DNA of 64,000 bases from the NCBI RefSeq assembly GCF_964355755.1, contig NC_092672.1, positions 8,122,001 to 8,186,000 of the forward strand, read 5' to 3'. This stretch comes from Antedon mediterranea (Eukaryota; Animalia; Echinodermata). A program made the translations under genes and the position numbers. Within the stretch, counting starts at the first letter, position 1; the number at the start of each line of letters is the position of its first letter. Below, piece by piece: positions 1-18,100 of the stretch. Below the pieces are notes generated by a model that worked only from the letters and a program-made list of their open reading frames with translations, did not search any database and had not been told where the DNA came from.

Positions 1-22
1 TGGAATGCAAACAGTTCCTATA

Positions 23-270
23 AAGCTCTGTATACACTATCAAACTAGTTTGACAAAAAAAGTTTGATGTGCCCAAATATGGTAGTGATATGATGTCATG
101 TCCATATTTTTTATTTGCTTTTTTGATGTATTTTAATATTTAAGGTGATTATATATATTATTGATGTATTTTTAATGTTATGTATTGAGATGCCAAATAA
201 ATGAAATGAAAAAAATTAAAAATACATGGGCACATCACATTTTTTTATTAAATAAGGTTTGACAAAGCTT
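23..270. mobile_element. Harbinger-like MITE family A, interrupted by an AT-rich insert
   Basis: AGCTCTGTATACACTATCAAACT left end and GGGCACATCACA internal motif; insert ends in AAATAAATGAAATGAAA. Confidence 0.65.
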
Positions 271-410
271 TAGATTATATTTATCCATGTGTCCTCTTCA
301 TAATGCTACCCCTGATGTCTAGTTAGATCTTCTGTAGGTACAGTACTTAATGAATACATATTCAATCTATTAACAAATAATTTAATTTACAATTACGTTA
401 TTTTTAATAG

Positions 411-6310
<5,900 letters not shown>

Positions 6311-8789
6311 TAGCCAACTAAAATTAAAAACATTGAAACAAAACAACCTTGCAGTTAAAAGGATAGTCCCCAGTATTTCAATTTGCTAACATGTGAAATA
6401 TTTTGTTTAATAAAATAGTCAGCTGATGGTAACGGGTAACGAAGCATTAGAGGTATTTGGTGAAAGGTGTTTTTTTAAGCTACAGGATGCATCCTAGCCT
6501 AGAAGGTTAAAACAAATCTGACCCAATTTTCCTTAGAAGTATTAAATTTGTGATAAACTGATTTAGTTACATCCAAGTGCTATGGCAAACTTTTTTAACC
6601 TTTTCATTTTAACAATGCGTTTAGAGGCGCAATTTTTCAGATTAATAATTTTAAGTTTAAAGTGAATAGGATTTTAAATGATATTTTAGCCCTATTAATT
6701 TATTGTAATAATACACAGTATTATTTATTAAAAACACGTTATTGTTTGTGTCTGTATTGTATTGTTTAACAAAGCATAATGATGTAAAAAAACAATTATT
6801 ACAAGGTGCCTGTTTTATGCTAGGAATGTTGTATTTGAGATGTTCCTTATTCCGGTTGGTATGTTAATGGCACAAGCAGGAGAGCTCCCGGAATGGGGTG
6901 TATTAGTTTATCCGAATATGCCCTATTGTATTCTAAAAATAAATGCATTTTCAAACCACCCAATCAGATTGCTTGTAATTGTAGAACATCATAACCGACC
7001 AATTATGAGTGCCATACCTCATTTAATTTTTACTGAAATATAATATTGCAATAATAGTTATATATTATTGTATTAATAGCTTTTGATTTAATTTTTGATA
7101 TTGGACATCCTTTATGTAATATACATATGTGGTGGTTATTTACATATTGATCTATAATAAAAGAAATCGGATTTTTCTTTTTATTTTTGGTATATTTGTG
7201 TTTCATTTTAAATTGTCAATAGGTGTTTGTGTACATGTGTGGACATTTATTTCCGACTGAAATAACATTAAAGGGGGAAAAAAGTACATGGCAGTCAGGG
7301 TCAAATCTAGAACTTGTGCAAAAGCACTTGCCACGACTTGACCCCTTCAGTAAAATAAGGTGAAATAGCAGTTTGTAAATCATAAATTAATTCAATATTA
7401 CCTATTTATACGATTATTGATATACACTCCTTGAACCAATAAAATGCCCCACAAAAAAAATGGATAAATGGTGATGTTTCTAGGCGTCGATCTTGGGTCC
7501 AGAAATTGAGAGCCTACCATTTCACAAATAAACATTATTCAATATTTAAATAATAGGTAATTTGTATATAGTACATATTAAATTAAATATTTATTTTACA
7601 TATTCATACCCATTATAAAATGGATGATTACATGGCCATTCTTTGCTCATTTATTTTTGCGACTACATTGTACATTTTTGTGCATGTCTTTTTGTTGTCT
7701 TTTTCTGCGAGTATGTTGTACATTTCTGCGAGTACATTGTAGGTTTCTGCAAGTAAGTCATATATTTCTGCGAATACATTGTCTGTATGTAATTTTATTT
7801 ATAGCCGTGATTGCCTTTATACATATTATGTAAGCTGTTAATGGTTGTAAAAGATGAACATTTTTTTGGGAAAAAAAATCTTCAAAACGAGGTAAAAAAA
7901 CAACACTAAACGAGTCAGACATTTGATAGATTTGTTTTATTCTTGCGCATTCAAAATTAGCGACAATGCCATCACTTTCACATTATAAAAACAACTGTTC
8001 ATCATAAGAGAACAAATTCATCAAATCATTTCTGCAAGATATTAAAAACCAAAGCCATGATAGTTCAAAAACAATACCAGGTAAAGCAGAATTTAGAAAA
8101 CAACATAGAAAAATTGGATTATATAAATTTTCTTAAATAACTGAAGTCATACAAACCTTAAGAACTGGTATCCAATCCAATTTGAGTAAGTACCAGTTTT
8201 TAAAGTTGGTTATATAAAATATAAAATAAAAAATAATATACTACATTAATTATAAATTTTATTCATATTGTCCAATAAATTGACAACTGATTCCAATCAT
8301 TTACTGGTGAGGAATGAGATATCTATCAATCTGCCCCTGTATGTACAGGACCGTATACTGTATGTTGTTCCTAAAGTATCGTATATGAAAAATAACTTAC
8401 ACAAAAGTATATAAATTATTTTAGATTAAAACTTCACCAATGTAATAAAATTTAATATACAGATTCAATATACTATATATGCATACTATGTGTAAATTAT
8501 ATAAAAACAATTAAAATATATTGCACAAACAAATGTAAATAACAGATTTAAAGTTACGAATCATTTTAGAATATTTTACAAAATGATATTACGCCGGTGG
8601 TGCTTCCTTGCTGGTGTAGTGTGGGCGAGTGGTGCCACATGCTACTGTGGCACTTTTTTTAGTTCATTACCTAGCTTTTAGCATACCTTTGGGTATACCA
8701 AAGCAAATGTATTGCCTTGGGGTAACAAACATGTAATAATTTTGTGTTTTTAAAAGATCCTCAACAATTTTTATAAATATTTATGGACC

Positions 8790-9369
8790 ACCATATCAAA
8801 ATTACTCTACTGCAGTTATTACATTCTATTCTGGTTACTGTTGATTCTGCTTATAAAATTATTTATCAAGATTTTTTGGGTAATCCTGAACATCTCATAT
8901 AAACACCATGTCACGAATGAGGAAGTCAGCAACAGGATCAAGCTGCAAGAGAGCAATTGGACCATACAGAGACCTGATATCAATTGTGAAAAGCAGAAAG
9001 CTGGAGTGGTACGGACAGCTGACGAGATCCAGTGGGCTGGCCAAGACCATCCTACAGGGTACTGTACCAGGAGGGAGAAGGAGAGACAGACAGAGAAAAA
9101 GGTGAGAAGACAACATCAAGGAATGAACAGGTTTGACCTTTGTTGACTCACAACGAGCTACAGAGGACAGAGACCGATGGAGGAGGATTGTCCAAAGTCA
9201 GCAGTGATGCCTCAACAACCCTATCAGGGGTTAGGAGACAGAACTGAACTGACTGACACTCTGATTACAGTATTACTGCCGCATACATAAACCTATAACT
9301 AACCTAATATGTTATTGCAGTAAAAATATAGTTACTGCAGTACCTGCAGTAGAATAATTTGTATATGAT
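8790..9369. mobile_element. MITE with an RTE fragment inserted into it
   Basis: Inverted ends AAAATTACTCTACTGCAG (about 8798) and CTGCAGTAGAATAATTT (about 9344). Confidence 0.5.
8880..9257 (+). mobile_element. RTE (BovB-like) LINE 3' fragment
   Basis: ILNISYKHHVTNEEV and KSRKLEWYGQLTRSSGLAKTILQGTVPGGRRRDRQRK; (AACTG/ACTG)n tail. Confidence 0.85.
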
Positions 9370-10034
9370 CCCTTATTTTCATACACCATACCATATTATA
9401 CTTAAGAAAACACAAGGTGCAGAGAGTTTATATTTTTCAAATGTTAGATATTAGCAACTTGTTTAGACCGTCCATTGATGGCAGAAGATTGGACAGTTAG
9501 GATCATATGGATTTGTCCAGTCAAGTTGACATTGTCGCTCTTAATAATAAGAACATATAGAATACAATAATCTAACTAATAATATATTTATATAGATAAA
9601 CTTTTATACAATTCAATATTCGTTTACAAATGTAATCCATAAAAAAAAATTACTATACAACAATAGTACAGTATACTTGAAAGATTAAAAATTGGCATTT
9701 ATATCCATTAACAGTTTTTAACCTAATTTTTAATTATTAAAAATATTAGTATTAAGCTATAATAATCAGTTATACATAACACTTCAACAACCAAACTGTT
9801 CAATATAAACATCTTTTTCTATTAAGAGTTAGTACTTATATCCACAATCAAGTTGAACAAAATGTTCAAAAATATACATCCTTTTTCAAAAGTATGAGCA
9901 ATATTCCTCTATGATATTAATCCAAAAAATGTAAAAAAGGCACACACATCTCTCGCATCTCTCAGAGACACATCAATTTATATAATCAGTTTGCACCATA
10001 TCAAAGACACATTTATATATTTTTACTAGTTTAC

Positions 10035-10301
10035 TATATAACCTTGGGTGTAATCCCACTTCGGGTTTAATCCCACCCCCTACATTATGTCTGATTTCAC
10101 AAACAGGCATATCCCCGGGTATAGTCCCAGTATTGAATTTTGTTCTGGATGTAGGCTTCTCTCTAGCCAGTTTAGATAAGTTTTTACAAGAATGCTTTAC
10201 CAACAATTTTTTTCCTGAACCAGAGTTTCCCCCAGTATTGTGCCACCCAAAAGTCAACACAATTTCGTGATATAGGGGGTGGGATTACACCACAGGATAT
10301 A
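10035..10301. mobile_element. Degraded Tc1/mariner-type MITE
   Basis: Inverted ends GGTGTAATCCCAC and GTGGGATTACACC. Confidence 0.5.
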
Positions 10302-11359
10302 CATTAATAATTAATTTTTTAGAAACCCTTATACTCTATATGATTATGTTTCAAATTGAGAAGTTTATCTAATTTCATTGCTTGTGTATAAATTTATCAA
10401 ATCTGTACCTATCAAAGATACAACTAACATTTCTAACCTCATAGGCAAAGGTATTAATGAATACAATTAGAAACAAATTTAAGGATAAACAAGGCCATAT
10501 ACCGGCATGCTCAAATTTGAGTTAGTGTTTACTGACTGACCGACCGACAAAGTGAGCTGTAGAGTCGCGTTTGCACACAACTAAAAAGACACTATGTGAA
10601 CCATAAATATATAGTTTATGTATCCATGCATTAATGTACCAATCTCTGAATATAACCTGGAACAAACTCGAAAAACTAATAACACCAATATAGACAATAC
10701 AGCAATTCATATGTATCCAAGTTTATAACTGGTGTGAATAGGAGTATGGCTATTCCTAATATTGGTATTAAGATTGACATTAAACTGGTGTATGCTGCCA
10801 TGTGATTGGTCAAAATGGTTAATACAATTTTTTTATTCTGGAGTGATAGTGAACAGATGTGAACTTACAGTATAGTTCAATACATTGTCCCCAAACATGA
10901 ATATTGTTCAGACATTGGATAGAAAATGTTATTAAAACTGGCACTTTATCTAAGAGCACATGGAATGCAATGGCAGTTGCACAAACCATGAAGGAAAAAA
11001 CCTCCATGCACAAATTACTTCAATGATCTACATCAATACTGTTTATCTACTCATTTAATTTTCCACTAACAACTAGTTAAAGCAACCGAATTGTCCATCC
11101 AAAGACAATGGTCTGCCCATGCAAGAAGCATTTATGACCTTAATCGGCATGTGGATCTTCTAGAACGGCACCTATACAAATGTGGTCTTGAAAAAATTAT
11201 CCACACTTATTGTATAAGAAACTACAAGCTTTAATAAGACATATACAATAATGAAGACAAAATGATGTAATTTACAATTAGAGCAATTACATCTTAGAAA
11301 CTACAGGATTTCCTAATATACAGACAGTAGCTGACGAAAAGCTCTATAAGGAAAAAAGG

Positions 11360-11465
11360 CCAATGACATGGATACAATGCCAGTGACATGGTTACAATTT
11401 CAGTGACATGGTTACGATTCCAGTACCATGGTTACGATGTCAGTGACATGGTTACAATGTCAATG
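11360..11465. repeat. 20-bp minisatellite, about 5 copies
   Basis: CAGTGACATGGTTAC(A/G)AT.. repeated. Confidence 0.8.
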
Positions 11466-12965
11466 CCAATGTAATTGAAAATCAATTTCTAACCTAAACT
11501 CTTGCTTAGCCTTGCCAATAACTCACATGAATGAAATATTATCAACGTATCATTTAGAAGTACAATAACAAATATATATATATATAATTTATATATAAAA
11601 ATTTACAGGCACAGAACAAATTCTAAACTGCCCGGTAATATATTAATTCAGCAATCCAAACTATGAAAAAAAGTTTGTATGCAAAACTTAGGTCTGTAAA
11701 AAAAACACTGTTGAAAAAGTTATAAAAATCGCCTTAGAATTCTGACCTAGAAATATTTATTTATAACTAAAACCATTAATTAATAATAATACTCAATAAA
11801 ACTTAGCATTAGAAATAGAAATACTATATTTTCATATAAGTATTTTCAAGACAGTATTTTCAATAAAAGCTATAAGGTAAAATAATAATAAGTATTATAA
11901 ATATACTAAATACAAACTCTGCTATTATATACAATAAGTACCAATGTGTACTTGTATGCATCTATATAAAGACTTGTTTCTCTCAATAGATTATCTAGTA
12001 AAGCACACCTTAAAAACTATAGCCTTAACCACTTTCAATAACCAATATTATATTCATAGCTCGTATATACATTCTACTAGTGATCCTTTCAAACTATGTT
12101 TTACTCAATTAAACATTATATACATATGTTTTCCAGATATCAAATAGTAAACAAATTAATATTTAAAACATGATACTTTATAAATAATATTAATTAGTTA
12201 ATATACTAGAAAATGTATGACGAGTCGTCTCGTCAGGAGAAAATTAAACATGTTTGAAGTTCTAGCAATGACCTATAAACTACGCTATCTCAAGATGACT
12301 CCTCTTGTCGAGATTCAACTTAGACAGCACTGACAAGTTAAGACGTTTCGTCAGGCCTTGTCGTACGACACTGTCTGAGTTGGCCTTTACACTTTCCTTT
12401 ATATTATTATTATTTTATTTGATCTTTAAATGATTCTATGATGATATTGAAATGTTGATTGATCGCGACAACTGCTGATGTTTCATTTAATTACCACCTT
12501 TTGTGTAAGTTTTTTTTGTTGTTAAAAAATAAAACTCATGAAAAATATGGAAACGTGTTTTCAAAAAGCTGCCCTTTGTCCAAAAAAAAATTGAATAAAC
12601 CACAGGAGTAAAAATTAACCTCTTCCCTGCTTCAACTAACAATGAAAATGCTTTAAATGTTTTAACAACTTTCAAATTTCTCTTTGTCAAATGGAAAATC
12701 AGTATTTAAAAACAGTACTGTACTTCCAATTTTCAAGGATTTTGTTCGATAATTATAAAATGTAATTATAAAATTTAAAAATATAACCCTATAGCATATG
12801 GTTGATCAAAAAACAAAAGACACAAATATTATATCAGTTATGACAAGACATAGAAAACATAAAATGGAATGTACCTGTAAACAGAAAAAGTTTGGATGGG
12901 GAGAGAAAGTTAAGTTATTCAAAGGTGTGTTCTTACGGAAAAATTCCAATTGGTTAATTGGTTTC

Positions 12966-14002
12966 TGTTAACCCTACTCTGGAGGTACGAGGGGTGTCAG
13001 AGGTGTACCCTTAATAGGTTCTACTGTGTTAACCCTACTCTGGAGGTACGAGGGGTGTCAGAGGTGTACCCTTAATAGGTTCTACTGTGTTAACCCTACT
13101 CTGGAGGTACGAGGGGTGTCAGAGGTGTACCCTTAATAGGTTCTACTGTGTTAACCCTACTCTGGAGGTACGAGGGGTGTCAGAGGTGTACCCTTAATAG
13201 GTTCTACTGTGTTAACCCTACTCTGGAGGTACGAGGGGTGTCAGAGGTGTACCCTTAATAGGTTCTACTGTGTTAACCCTACTCTGGAGGTACGAGGGGT
13301 GTCAGAGGTGTACCCTTAATAGGTTCTACTGTGTTAACCCTACTCTGGAGGTACGAGGGGTGTCAGAGGTGTACCCTTAATAGGTTCTACTGTGTTAACC
13401 CTACTCTGGAGGTACGAGGGGTGTCAGAGGTGTACCCTTAATAGGTTCTACTGTGTTAACCCTACTCTGGAGGTACGAGGGGTGTCAGAGGTGTACCCTT
13501 AATAGGTTCTACTGTGTTAACCCTACTCTGGAGGTACGAGGGGTGTCAGAGGTGTACCCTTAATAGGTTCTACTGTGTTAACCCTACTCTGGAGGTACGA
13601 GGGGTGTCAGAGGTGTACCCTTAATAGGTTCTACTGTGTTAACCCTACTCTGGAGGTACGAGGGGTGTCAGAGGTGTACCCTTAATAGGTTCTACTGTGT
13701 TAACCCTACTCTGGAGGTACGAGGGGTGTCAGAGGTGTACCCTTAATAGGTTCTACTGTGTTAACCCTACTCTGGAGGTACGAGGGGTGTCAGAGGTGTA
13801 CCCTTAATAGGTTCTACTGTGTTAACCCTACTCTGGAGGTACGAGGGGTGTCAGAGGTGTATCCTTAATAGGTTCTACTGTGTTAACCCTACTCTGGAGG
13901 TACGAGGGGTGTCAGAGGTGTACCCTTAATAGGTTCTACTGTGTTAACCCTACTCTGGAGGTACGAGGGGTGTCAGAGGTGTACCCTTAATAGGTTCTAC
14001 TG
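12966..14002. repeat. Tandem array, 61 bp x 17
   Basis: Unit TGTTAACCCTACTCTGGAGGTACGAGGGGTGTCAGAGGTGTACCCTTAATAGGTTCTACTG; one visible substitution near 13862. Confidence 0.97.
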
Positions 14003-14121
14003 TAGTGCATTGAATTACTTTATAATTCACTTTATTCACTCAAATAAATGTTTACCAAGTGAAATGAAAAATATGTTTATGAACCATCATCATAGACTAA
14101 GTGGTCTATGTATGAACGAAA

Positions 14122-14445
14122 ATGTGATTGAGCAAATTGCGATTAAGCAAATGCGATTGGGAAAACTGAGATTGAGCAAACTGCAATTGATCAAATGCAA
14201 TTGAGCAAACCGAGATTGAGCAAATTGCGATTGGGCAAACCGAGATTAAGCAAATTGCGATTGGGCAAACCGAGATTAAGCAAATTGCGATTGGGCAAAC
14301 CGAGATTGAGAAAAACTACAATTGGGCAAACCGAGATTGAGCAAACTGCGATTGAGCAAACTGCGATTGAGCAAACTGTGATTGAGCAAACTGCAATTGA
14401 GCAAAATGTAATTGAGCTAACTATGATTAAGCAAACTACGATTGA
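14122..14445. repeat. 15-bp minisatellite (GATTGAGCAAACTGC)n, about 21 copies
   Basis: Degenerate 15-mer with a 30-bp higher-order alternation at 14205-14310. Confidence 0.9.
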
Positions 14446-14885
14446 AGTTGTATAGTTTTACTGAACTCTGCCAGTAAAGACAGAGTTGACACAGTCTGAG
14501 TAATTAAGTCTAGTTAAAAAGTAGACCGTGTTTTGACCAATTGAGATTCGGTGTGAAATCATAAATACGACAGATTATTTGTTTTCACTGGAATATTCCT
14601 GGAGATTATTGAATCTACTTGGAAGAGGAGAAAATAAAAAGCATTAAATAAACTTAAAAACCACTGGAAATCAATGCAAAATCACACACATACAGGCTGT
14701 AGATACATATATAAATTATACAATTTTAAAAAGTTATTAAAATATAAAAGTTAAATTAATTCTCTCGCTACAATCCATAAGAGTTGTGGAGAACTATGTT
14801 TCAAAGAATCAAAAATGATTCTATTTAAATTACAGTTAGTTATAATAGTTTTATACATCAGAAAGTTAGGTGACCAAAAGACAGA

Positions 14886-15056
14886 CGTACTGTCCACTGA
14901 CAACAGCTACTTGACCATAACGTACTGCCCACTGACAAAGGATACAGCTACTTCACCATCAAGAACGTACTGCCCACTGACAAAGGATACAGCTACTTGA
15001 CCATCAAGAACGTACTGCTCACTTACAAAGAATACAGCTACAATTGACCATCAAGA
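14886..15056. repeat. 45-bp tandem repeat, about 4 copies
   Basis: CGTACTGCCCACTGACAAAGGATACAGCTACTTGACCATCAAGAA at 14921, 14966, 15011. Confidence 0.85.
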
Positions 15057-15178
15057 AGGACAAGTATATCCAACCGTGGTGTTGGTCCAATGTCTGCAGT
15101 TGTTTTAGATCCAACCAGAGGAAACGGTTCTGCATCAAGAATCAACCAGATTAAATTGTCCGGTCTTGACTTGTTTCA

Positions 15179-15194
15179 TCACACACTTTTTGAT
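15179..15194 (-). CDS. CAMTA: Candidate CAMTA terminal exon (RSKSV*)
   Basis: tgctttctcatctcag acceptor, in-frame TGA; alternatives at 14575-14617 and 12838-12874. Confidence 0.4.
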
Positions 15195-18100
15195 CTGAGA
15201 TGAGAAAGCAATTCTGAATTAATATTACAGAAACATGTTTCTTTCATGCCTTTATAAAATAAACAAAGGGGGAAATAACCAAGCATGGCAGGGATAAAGA
15301 GAAATCAGTGATGTCAAAGAAACAAAACAATTTTTATAATATTATAGGAAGTTAAAAAAAAAATTAACTAAAATCTTTATAATCAAACCATTGTATAAGT
15401 ACTATAACATTAAAAAGGACCTAATTTGTAATACAATAAATACTGTTTGGGCAATGAAGACACGTTTAAGTAAGGTAGTTTTTAAACTGGGCATTATTCG
15501 TCAGGCTAGTAGTAGTAGTACTAAATTCAGTCTGTATTATCCCTAATTTGGGCTTTTGCAACAAAATCAATTACGACCACACAACAGTGGAACTGTAGCT
15601 GTGTGGTTAAAATGCTTGCCTTCCAATCCCTAGATCCAGGTCCATATAAACAAACAAGGTAGAGCCAACCACTATTCAGGAGAAACTCATTAAGCGATGA
15701 CCCTTGACCCTATACAGTATTTGTAATGTTCCGAAATATACATACAAAATCTAGTAAACAGAAATATATCAAATGAAGTACAGTAACATTCCCAAGTAAT
15801 ACCACATTTTAAATTTGTGTTAATGATTTTGTTAAAAAGATGCAATTTTTTTTTTTTAATGCAGGAAATTATTTCACAAGCATTGGTGTTAAAAAGATCA
15901 AATTTCTCATTTTCTAACTCATTTTGCAGTGTATGTACTAAGGATGTTCCTGTACTAATATAAATATAATAATATACAAGATGAAATTACGAAGGGAAAC
16001 TAGAAAATCCAATAATTATAATATTTCAAGTACAATGAAAACAATCATTGTTTAAAATTGAGGTAAATCAAGAATAATGGGAAAGCGTGCAAAAACTTTA
16101 AATTAAAAAGGGCTTAACAAAAGGTTTTATTTTTACAATCAGCAGTGCATATTGCATTGAGGAGTGTTTTACAGGCCAATTTTTGTGGCAAAAAATTTAG
16201 TACAGTAATAGTTTTCAACTGAAAGAAAAGATAAATCGCAATTCAAGGTGGTTTTTTTTATGCATAAATGTCATACATTTGCTTTTATAACTGTGATTAA
16301 ATTGTTAAAATAGTATTATATATCGACAATTGAGTAAATAAAGGCGTAGGAAAAAATAGTTTATTAATTTTAAGATGCAAAGATAATTTGTAGGTGTGTA
16401 GACTAAAGTGTATAAACATGTTAAGCTCTGTCTACACTATCAAACTAGTTTGTGATGTGCCCAAATATGGTAGTGATATTTCCAATTATGGTAGCGATAT
16501 GACATCATCATGTCCATATATGGGCACATCACATTTTTTGTCACATAAAGTTTGATAGTGTAGACAAAACCTTAAGTTGGCACAGGAAAAATATATGAAA
16601 AGTTGTATAAATGTGTTGCTTTCATTTCATGACACTCTTTTTTATATATCGTTATTTCAAATAAATATTAATTTAACACTTTTTAGTGTAAAATTCAATA
16701 ATTTCTAGAAGCACATGACACCTATATTATAACCATATATTGATGATATTCTAACACTATATAAATTTACAATGATACATGAAACACAAAAAAATTTACA
16801 TCAAGTATAGGAATTTTTAACAAGCATAAAACATATAAGACAATAATAATATATTAATACATATCTTTTTACAGTTCAGTGTAATTTTAAATTTTCAGAA
16901 ATGAACAAATGCTTTTTTTCAATGGTGTGGTTAATTAACTCTGGTTCTTGATTTTAACACCATATGTTGTTGGAAAAAAAACAATACTTTGTTGGGATTG
17001 ACGGAGAAGTTTGTCAACATTCACACGTTTTATTTGTTTATGTACCATACTTAGATTTGAATAAAAATAACTCTATATACTGTTTGAGATTTTAAAACAT
17101 CAATTGGTCAGTGGTTCCCAATCTATGGTATGCAAATACAATTGGGGAATTTAGCAGTAAGCAGTTGCGAGACTGAGGTCATGGCATGCAGTAATTATAA
17201 GGGTAAGGGTCAGCAATCTTTAACCAATTGGGTCACATGAATCCAAAATGTTGGGAACCACTGAATTAGATAGAAAAGCACAACTGGATTACAATTGAAA
17301 TAACATCTTCAAAGACAGATAGTTGCAGTATACATAGGGAATACTATAAAAACTTACCAGTCTTCCAAGTCCCAAAGTGCTCTTTTGTATAAACATTAAA
17401 AAGTAATTTAAATAATACTTTGTTTTTATTTATCACAAAATAATTGATAACTTAAATATCCATATATTATATAGATATTTTACATTCGGCCTTACCGCGT
17501 TGAAACATCGGTTCTCATCAGATCACCAAAGTTAAGCAATGTTGGGCCCTAGAGCTTGGATCTGACTGTATATATGGAGCTGGAGTCCCATTAGGCATTT
17601 GAAATCAGCACTGCTGACGAATGGCAGTCCCTGCTTCTATTATTTGTCTCAGACGTATTGGCTCATTCCTTTCTTCTGGTCTAGGTGGGCACTGAATGAG
17701 CCCTAACTGCTCAATGATAGGATCAACCAAGGTACTTTAAACTGTCCTGGCTTAGTTTCATCCATCATTCAGATGAATTTAAGACTAATTGTCATTATAT
17801 TATATATATATTATTTATTGTGTGAAAGGGGATCAGTGATTTACAGTACTGTAAAGACACCTAAACAGCAATGGGCTGTTTGCACCTAGTTCCTCCATGC
17901 ATACCAAAGCATTGAGATGTGGAGAAAAATCTTTTCATAATTTAGCTTTTATTAATTACATTTAGAAAAACTGGTTAATTGATAGCACAAGATTAATGTG
18001 TTATTAAGTAAGTATTTTATCTTCAATTCAATGATAAATATAATCAAAATGAGAGACAACTTCATGTACATTAAAACCCCTATTAAGGGGGCACCGTTGG

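Noticed and set aside
13941-14455. 87-aa and 86-aa ORFs (KPRLSKLRLG / IEQTA repeats)
   Set aside because: Translations of the 61-bp and 15-bp tandem repeats.
17487-17560. Functional 5S rRNA gene
   Set aside because: Truncated before the C box, diverged, and fused to unrelated sequence; likewise 63571-63610.
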